Virus record (IMG/VR): IMGVR_UViG_3300005805_000047
Span: 32,001 to 96,000 of that record
Source of the DNA: a virus
DNA length: 64,000 nt
Strand: one strand, 5' to 3'
Shown here: positions 57,623 through 64,000 of the stretch, piece by piece
How the letters are laid out: each line of letters starts with the position of its first letter
How positions within the stretch are numbered: position 1 is the stretch's first letter
The notes under the pieces: generated by a model
Seen by the model: the letters and a program-made list of their open reading frames with translations, nothing else
What the model was told of the DNA's origin: nothing
Database searches by the model: none
Program-made: the position numbers and the translations under genes

Positions 57623-58885
57623 ATGTTGCATGTCGGTAACTGTATAGATGTCATATCCCAACTTCGAGATGCGAGCGTTGACTCGGTAGTAACTGATCCA
57701 CCATACGAACTCGGGTTCATGGGAAAGTCTTGGGACTCGACAGGAATTGCCTACAATACCGAACTCTGGAGACAGTGCCTGCGCGTACTAAAGCCGGGTG
57801 GTCACCTCATTGCCTTCAGTGGTGCTCGCACGTACCACCGCATGGCCGTTGCGATCGAGGATGCAGGATTTGAGATACGCGACCAAATCATGTGGGTTTA
57901 TGGATCGGGGTTCCCGAAGTCGCTCAACATATCCAAAGCAATAGACAAAATGGTCGGTGCTGACAGAGAGGTCGTCGGAATCGGTACCTCTGGCAAAACA
58001 CGTCATGTGCTCAATGCGGCCAACACGCCCGACACATTCGGCGGCGAATACGAGATAACAAAGGCGGCATCGGAAGAAGCAAAGCAATGGGAAGGCTGGG
58101 GAACAGCATTGAAGCCAGCACACGAACCGATGGTGCTCGCCAGAAAACCACTTGACGGAACGGTCGCAGAGAATGTTCTGGAATACGGAACCGGTGCATT
58201 GAATATAGATGCGACGAGGATTCCTTTTGGCGAGGAACAGATAAATTTGTCCCGCAAGCAGCGTCAGCAGCAATTTGAGGGTGGCATAGATTTCGGTGCC
58301 AGCAGATTGGTGGGCACAGAAATACCGACCTACAAAGAAGGCGGAAGGTGGCCTGCGAACTTCATCCACGACGGCTCAGAAGAAGTTCTGGAGTTGTTCC
58401 CCGATGCCAAAGGTGGAACTTGGAACACCACCAAGGGTGCGAGACACTTCAACAACAATGGCAAGCCAACTGATTACCAAACCAAGGGACAGGATAAATC
58501 AAACGGTTCGGCAGCTCGCTTCTTTTATTGTGCGAAGGCTTCCTCTGCAGAACGAAACCTCGGTCTGGACGAACTACCGGATCGCAGGCAGGACGAGGAC
58601 GACTACGAGAGGGCAGGAACCACCAACCCGAGGAACCGCTCTCAGAAGATGCGCAAGAACCACCACCCAACAGTCAAGCCAGTCGCCCTGATGAGACACC
58701 TCGTCAAGCTTGTCACCCCTCTAAACGGAACAGTCCTTGACCCTTTCCTCGGATCGGGAACCACGGCAGTCGCAGCCACGCTTGAGGGCATCAACTGGGT
58801 CGGATGCGAAATGAATGAGGAGTATGCACAGATAATTTGGGCTCGGGTGAATCACGCAGAGAAATCCGTCAATGAGGATGAATGA
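57623..58885 (+). CDS. N6-adenine/N4-cytosine DNA methyltransferase, tandem paralogue
   Basis: VTDPPY; HPTVKP; LDPFLGSGTT; highly similar to the upstream gene. Confidence 0.92.
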   Translation: MLHVGNCIDVISQLRDASVDSVVTDPPYELGFMGKSWDSTGIAYNTELWRQCLRVLKPGGHLIAFSGARTYHRMAVAIEDAGFEIRDQIMWVYGSGFPKSLNISKAIDKMVGADREVVGIGTSGKTRHVLNAANTPDTFGGEYEITKAASEEAKQWEGWGTALKPAHEPMVLARKPLDGTVAENVLEYGTGALNIDATRIPFGEEQINLSRKQRQQQFEGGIDFGASRLVGTEIPTYKEGGRWPANFIHDGSEEVLELFPDAKGGTWNTTKGARHFNNNGKPTDYQTKGQDKSNGSAARFFYCAKASSAERNLGLDELPDRRQDEDDYERAGTTNPRNRSQKMRKNHHPTVKPVALMRHLVKLVTPLNGTVLDPFLGSGTTAVAATLEGINWVGCEMNEEYAQIIWARVNHAEKSVNEDE

Positions 58886-59712
58886 TGAGCAAGCGGTACC
58901 CAGCAATAGATTTAATTAGTGGAATCGACATTGGAGAAATTCCCCCAACACCGACCGTGCGTGGGTTTAATTTAACCCTAGACAAACCCAGAAAAATTTT
59001 ATTAGAAGCAGCCAGCAACTACGGTTTCCCAATAAGTTTTACGCAAGAACAAAATGGGGTACTCATACAAAATGTGTATCCAGTTCCGAATTTGGCGACA
59101 CAACAAATTTCCTCGTCTTCCAAAGTCGAACTCGGCCTACACACAGAAACAGCGTTTCATCACTATAAGCCAACGGTCGTCCTTTTATTATGTCTACGTG
59201 GTGATCCGAATGCCGTGACGACCTATGCCACCATTGACAAGATTATTGAACATGTAAGCCACGAATCCATAGACACACTCACTCATCCGTGGTTCACCAC
59301 CTCAATTGATGACAGCTTCAGGATGAACGGCGAAAGCGACATGGAGATTCCGTGCTCAATCCTCAGGAAGGCGACCGAAACCGAGTCGTATGAGATTTGC
59401 TACGACCAGGCCCTAATGAAGGGGGTGAATGAGCAGGCAAACCATGCCCTAGAGGAACTCAAACAGGCAATAAATAAGTCAATAGAACAAATCGTCCTCA
59501 GTGCCGGCGATTTACTGGTCATTGACAACACGAGGGCAATCCACGGTCGACTTCCATTTCAGGCCCGCTACGACGGTACGGATCGATGGTTGCAGCGAGT
59601 GCTCGCCATTGACAGCCTTCCGCCCAAAAGTCATGCCACACATTCATTGGACAAAGAGTTCCCGGCGATAGTTTCTGCGAGAGTTGAATTCGTGCCTATC
59701 ACAATAAGTTAG
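58882..59712 (+). CDS. TauD/clavaminate synthase-like 2OG-Fe(II) dioxygenase
   Basis: LGLHTETAFH (HxE), LLLCLRGD, IDN.RAIHGR..F.ARYDG.DRWLQR. Confidence 0.88.
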   Translation: MMSKRYPAIDLISGIDIGEIPPTPTVRGFNLTLDKPRKILLEAASNYGFPISFTQEQNGVLIQNVYPVPNLATQQISSSSKVELGLHTETAFHHYKPTVVLLLCLRGDPNAVTTYATIDKIIEHVSHESIDTLTHPWFTTSIDDSFRMNGESDMEIPCSILRKATETESYEICYDQALMKGVNEQANHALEELKQAINKSIEQIVLSAGDLLVIDNTRAIHGRLPFQARYDGTDRWLQRVLAIDSLPPKSHATHSLDKEFPAIVSARVEFVPITIS

Positions 59713-59722
59713 TATTTCCCAC

Positions 59723-60154
59723 ATGCCAAAAAGTAGAAAAATTCTCAAAAGCCCGCTTCACAAACACTTGCTGATAAACGGCAAAACCCTGACACCGCCG
59801 ACATCCAAGCGCAGGTTGAAGAAATGGCTGAACAAGCTCGTCTATGACATCGGTATGTACAAAATCGGCGGCCCGTACATCAAGTATGTCAAAGCAAAGG
59901 GAAATGCAGGTCTTACGGCAGTCGTAATGATTGAGACTTCACATGTTGCTTTACACATCTGGGAAGAAGGCGACCAGCCGTACTTCCGTTTCGATCTCTA
60001 CACCTGTGGACCCCTGCACCACAAGGCAGTGCTTGAATCAGTGGCGTACTTTATGGATTCACCAGAAATGGAATGGACGGTTTATGATCGAGCAGATGGA
60101 TTCTGGCAGTACGACTTTGGCAGTTGGCCCCTACGTAAATCTACCCACAAATAG
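59723..60154 (+). CDS. speD: S-adenosylmethionine decarboxylase-like proenzyme
   Basis: HKHLLI, GLT.VVMIETSHVALHIWEE, FDLYTCG. Confidence 0.8.
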   Translation: MPKSRKILKSPLHKHLLINGKTLTPPTSKRRLKKWLNKLVYDIGMYKIGGPYIKYVKAKGNAGLTAVVMIETSHVALHIWEEGDQPYFRFDLYTCGPLHHKAVLESVAYFMDSPEMEWTVYDRADGFWQYDFGSWPLRKSTHK

Positions 60155-60710
60155 GTTTGATGTCGCACTCATAGACCCACCTTGGTCGTACTTCGGCGAC
60201 CAGACAAAAGATGGCGCGGCGGCAAAGTTCTACGGCACCCTCAGCGATGAGGAAATCCGTATGCTTCCAGTAAGGGAACTACTGAACGACCGAGCAGTTG
60301 CTTTCGTTTGGGCAACCGCACCGAGGCTTGATGCGGCGCTTGATTCAATAAAAGCCTGGGGGCTTCACTACAGGGGAGTTGCATTCGTGTGGGTAAAAAC
60401 CACCAGGGAAGGAAAACCGATAGGAGCCAGAGGGGTAAGACCTTCGATAGTCAAACCAACATGCGAGTTCGTACTTGCTTGCTCAACGGTACGCAAAGGC
60501 AGACCACTACCAATAGCAGATGAGTCAATCATCAACACCGTACTTGCCCCAACAAGGGCACACTCACACAAGCCGGACGAAGTCCACGAGAGAATTGAAT
60601 CCCTCTACCCAACTGCCACAAAGGTCGAACTGTTTGCTCGCCGACCACGACAAGGTTGGCAGGTATGGGGTAATCAGATAAATCAAACTGCTACGAACGA
60701 ACTCGTATAG
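60096..60710 (+). CDS. MT-A70-family adenine methyltransferase
   Basis: FDV.LIDPPW, LPV..L, F.WAT, WG..Y....FVWVK, HS.KP, ELFAR....GW..WGNQ; start uncertain, track start at 59931 is probably too far upstream. Confidence 0.88.
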   Translation: MDSGSTTLAVGPYVNLPTNRFDVALIDPPWSYFGDQTKDGAAAKFYGTLSDEEIRMLPVRELLNDRAVAFVWATAPRLDAALDSIKAWGLHYRGVAFVWVKTTREGKPIGARGVRPSIVKPTCEFVLACSTVRKGRPLPIADESIINTVLAPTRAHSHKPDEVHERIESLYPTATKVELFARRPRQGWQVWGNQINQTATNELV

Positions 60711-61697
60711 TGGCGTGAACACCCCCACCCCCTCCATGTCGTTCCCGGAAGTCCCGATAGACACGACCTCGGAGTCACCACGACGAACCACGATACGACC
60801 GAACACACGTTCGCCGGAAACCGAACACACGTTCGCCTCAACCAAACAGTTGTTCACAAGGCCAGATTATGGTCATCGGTTGCTTGTTTTCAACGATTGC
60901 TAACTAACAAATGGTGCTAACGAACCCAGATAACGGTTGTCAAAAAACACAGACGAACGACACACAAAAAGAAGCACTCGAAACAGTGTTATCACTTCCG
61001 ATAACACTTTCCAACTAGTTCACAACCGTCGCAACGAAACCCAACTCGTTGAGAAGTTCGTTGTCTGGTGACGAAGGTCAGTCGCAGACGAATACGAAGT
61101 CAAACGTCATACATACTTGTGTTGTTGCATGACGACACACAACACAGCATAGTGATACAACAGAAACCGAACCATAAAGTGTTTGTTGTTGACGAAAGTT
61201 TGACAACAACTTTGATCGTTGAGAAACACAGTTGTCATGGTCGTTCGTTACCCATGACAGTGGACGAATACACAAGGCATACACCTCGCATACACATACC
61301 CCATACCTCACACCACACAGCGAATACGTCATACCCCATAGGTGAATACAACCCGTAGGCAGGGGGCTTTGACCATAGCCAAAGTTTGCAAGTGCCACGG
61401 GTAGTGCTACGGGTATCTACACACATTCACCTACACCACTCAGTAGTAGCACCCCACACCACACAGTAGGTAGTGAGTAGGTAGTAGGTATCACTAGGTA
61501 TCACTCTGATACCACCACAACACTCGTATCTGTTACCCCTGGTTCTATGCCACCCCCACACCCACCCAACTATCCAAGTAGTGAGTAGCACAGTGGTAGC
61601 ACCACAGTAGCAAGGGGGTATCTCAGTGTGTGGTTCAGCAATACTTTCTTTACTACTAACACCACCACACCAATAGTCGTGCCACAATTGATGGAAC
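60711..61697. other. ~1 kb probable non-coding region with hairpins and short repeats
   Basis: No convincing ORF; inverted repeats at 60985-61008 and 61183-61209; TAGGTATCAC x2 at 61485-61504. Confidence 0.6.
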
Positions 61698-64000
61698 ATG
61701 GCACTCATAGAGAACCCTTCCAACAAGGTGCTTGACGACCAGATACGAACTGCTATCTCAGTGGTCGCCCAGCAACTGAATACCAAAGCACGACTAGGTG
61801 CTGTTGCTCAGTCCTTTGACCCCGACGCAGTAGACGGTGATGGTGACGGCTTAGTTCAGGACGGTTCACCCTTTGAGAGACCAGCAGTAATAAGTGCCGT
61901 CAGCAAGGCTTCACAACGAATAGGTCAGTTGCTTTCCAAAGCAGGTAGAAGCAAGGAGAGTAGGGCAAGGGCATATCAGCGTAGATACTCAGGCATGTCA
62001 GCACAGGACATAGCAAAGGACGCAGTGCCTGACAGTTTTGAAGGTTGGGTCGCACTCGCTTATGAGAAGTTGAGAGTGGACAATCCAGATCTTCCACCGT
62101 TGTCACCAGACATGACACCAGATGAAGTGAAGCAAACGGTTCGCGCCTTAGAGGACTTTGTAGAAAGCGACCTTGTCTGGTTGATGACAGACGAGAAAGC
62201 GAAAGAGTTTAAGGAACTCAAAAAGACAGACAGAGCAGCCGCCTTTCGTTTAGCAGTAGACGGTGCATTTGACTTCTCGCCAGAAGCAGTCGCAAAAAAC
62301 AGAGAACTACTTGAACACGTTCTCACAACGAACCCACAATACAGAGCATTGGTGGATAAGTTCGGTCACCCATCCATATTCAGGTTTGGACCCGACCTAA
62401 ATAAGTCGCATCTCGCAGAAGGTATGTTCTCAGACTCAGCCGGTATGGGACTGTCGAAGATCGGCAATGTTCGCAAAAAAAGCAGACTACAACCCTTCAA
62501 CAGGGGACTTGGAAAGTGGTTCATGCAGGGAATCATGGAACCAGAGGTTGGTCACAGAAAGACGAAGCGTTGGCTCTCTGACAACACACCAGAAGGGCTA
62601 CTCGTACATGAGTATGGTCACTATTTAGTAGACGCAATCAAAGCACAACTCAGCGACGTCGACAATTATGAAAGAACGAAGCGTTGGCAAGCATTTCGTT
62701 TCGGTGCAGGGGCCGACTGGAAGGAAACCCTCACAGAAATCGGACACCCTGAGTGGTATGACCAATACGCCATAGAGAAACTCAAAAAGACAGAACGAAT
62801 AGAGATAACTCGCATTCGAAAGGATGTGCCAGACGAACTGCCGCACGTTCTCACGGCCTATGGTGAAACAGCACCAGCAGGGGCTTGGGCAGAAGCAATA
62901 GCGGCTCTGTTTGCCCACGAGGGTCGAAACAAAGACTTGGTTAGCCCCGGAATGGTCGAGTTGGTCAATGCCGCCCTTGAACTCCCAGAAGGAAGTGACC
63001 CCACAGAGGCTCTCTTGCCGGCCAGAAGTAAACGTGAGATTGTCCCAGACGGCTTCGCATCGCGCGGCTCGGTCATGGCGATCAACAACGAACGGGACTC
63101 ACGATACGGCGAGATACAGGATCCATACGAACTCACAGCCGAGGTTCTCGGAGATTTGGGCAAAGACGACCCGGTTGGACAAATGGTTCGCAAGTTGGAA
63201 GCCCTCAAAGACGACCCAGAACGATGGGACAAAGTCGAACCGAAGCAAAAGGCATCAATAGAGCGCAGTCTCAACCTACGTAAAGCCAACGAAGAGGAAG
63301 CCGCTCTTCTGGCCGGCGTGTTGATCAATGACCCGGCGTTTGCCGACATGATTCGACGTCACGGTATTTCTAACTACTACTTCGCCCAAGAGGACATGCG
63401 ATTCCCAATCGGGGACGGCACAGATGACGAAATTGACATACGTGGTTCTCTGTATGCAGGTTTCACGCCAGATGAAAGCGATGGTGGACGGTTCTGGCCA
63501 CCACGCATCGTGATTGACATGCTGGGACCCTCGAGCTTGGAGGAAGATCAGACGCTCGACGTTCCCATCCAGCCCGTCAGCGATGAAGAGATACGTAAAG
63601 CCAGAAAGGCCATGAACATACCCGGCGGAGTAACCAGAACACATGTGTCGAAATCGCATCAACACGTAATTCGACATGAGGGTGGACACTCGGTTCATGA
63701 TCTCCTCTGGGAACGTGTCCACCGCGGCGAAATAAAGGGTCGTCGAGCGCAACTCATCCGAGCTTACGGCACAAGCACGTGGGAAGAGTTCTACAAGGAA
63801 CTTGGCCGTCCCGACTTACTTCTTGAATACCAACGCTCGACCAAAGCCGCCAACACCATGGGTTACCCAGGCAGTCTCAAACCAGGCGATGAGATCGCCT
63901 TTATCGACAGCGGCTACGCATGGTCTAACCCACGTGAGTTTTTTGCTGAAACTTTCGCTTCATACACATCGTCAAACCCGGCGTATCGAGAGTTGATGAA
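61698..64000 (+). CDS. large multidomain protein, runs off window: DGDGDG tag, two HExxH zincin domains separated by DGFASRG
   Basis: Hand translation gives no stop over 767 codons from ATG 61698; HEYGH 62607, DGFASRG 63048, HEGGH 63675, YAWSNPREFFAETF near the end; absent from the ORF track. Confidence 0.88.
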   Translation, partial: MALIENPSNKVLDDQIRTAISVVAQQLNTKARLGAVAQSFDPDAVDGDGDGLVQDGSPFERPAVISAVSKASQRIGQLLSKAGRSKESRARAYQRRYSGMSAQDIAKDAVPDSFEGWVALAYEKLRVDNPDLPPLSPDMTPDEVKQTVRALEDFVESDLVWLMTDEKAKEFKELKKTDRAAAFRLAVDGAFDFSPEAVAKNRELLEHVLTTNPQYRALVDKFGHPSIFRFGPDLNKSHLAEGMFSDSAGMGLSKIGNVRKKSRLQPFNRGLGKWFMQGIMEPEVGHRKTKRWLSDNTPEGLLVHEYGHYLVDAIKAQLSDVDNYERTKRWQAFRFGAGADWKETLTEIGHPEWYDQYAIEKLKKTERIEITRIRKDVPDELPHVLTAYGETAPAGAWAEAIAALFAHEGRNKDLVSPGMVELVNAALELPEGSDPTEALLPARSKREIVPDGFASRGSVMAINNERDSRYGEIQDPYELTAEVLGDLGKDDPVGQMVRKLEALKDDPERWDKVEPKQKASIERSLNLRKANEEEAALLAGVLINDPAFADMIRRHGISNYYFAQEDMRFPIGDGTDDEIDIRGSLYAGFTPDESDGGRFWPPRIVIDMLGPSSLEEDQTLDVPIQPVSDEEIRKARKAMNIPGGVTRTHVSKSHQHVIRHEGGHSVHDLLWERVHRGEIKGRRAQLIRAYGTSTWEEFYKELGRPDLLLEYQRSTKAANTMGYPGSLKPGDEIAFIDSGYAWSNPREFFAETFASYTSSNPAYRELM

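Noticed and set aside
59931-60095. N-terminal extension of the MT-A70 ORF
   Set aside because: It overlaps the SAM decarboxylase core in another frame and has no MT-A70 motifs
60715-61786. Short ORFs within the non-coding region
   Set aside because: Atypical low-complexity translations with no convincing RBS or motifs
1-64000. tRNA, rRNA, integrase or transposase genes
   Set aside because: None recognised by eye; a tRNAscan or Infernal run would be needed to exclude small RNAs

Overview
This window is a 64 kb segment of a large tailed dsDNA phage with an HK97-type head. The host is probably an actinobacterium, based on WhiB, a CxxDxxC ferredoxin and repeated TANNNT-plus-start leaderless promoters. 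The left arm (minus strand) carries head-completion genes, a PAPS-reductase/ParB cluster, RuvC, HNH, a Cas4/RecB-like nuclease, a Rad52-like annealase and the large terminase. On the plus strand the portal and major capsid protein genes are separated by about 25 kb of head-associated genes. The main feature is a 4,898-aa ORF (12076-26772) that starts with a prohead protease domain. It continues as a chain of modules (complete ArdC, six KTSC domains, DUF2958, duplicated helical units) separated by about 23 copies of a G-[F/L]-x-S linker, consensus DGFASR. The same linker and an N-terminal DGDGDGxVQDGxxFxRP tag recur in an ORF the track missed (61698 to window end, two HExxH zincin motifs), and the linker also appears in the 1,456-aa neighbour. 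I infer a virion-packaged, protease-processed polyprotein cargo system for anti-defence or host-takeover effectors; this is untested. The right half encodes class II RNR, a primase-helicase and four DNA methyltransferases. One of these is a C5 MTase with about 10 TRD-like repeats and a nested +1-frame gene with its own RBS. The right half also has SAM decarboxylase, two 2OG-Fe(II) oxygenases and a ~1 kb structured non-coding region. Family assignments come from recognising motifs by eye, not from database searches.
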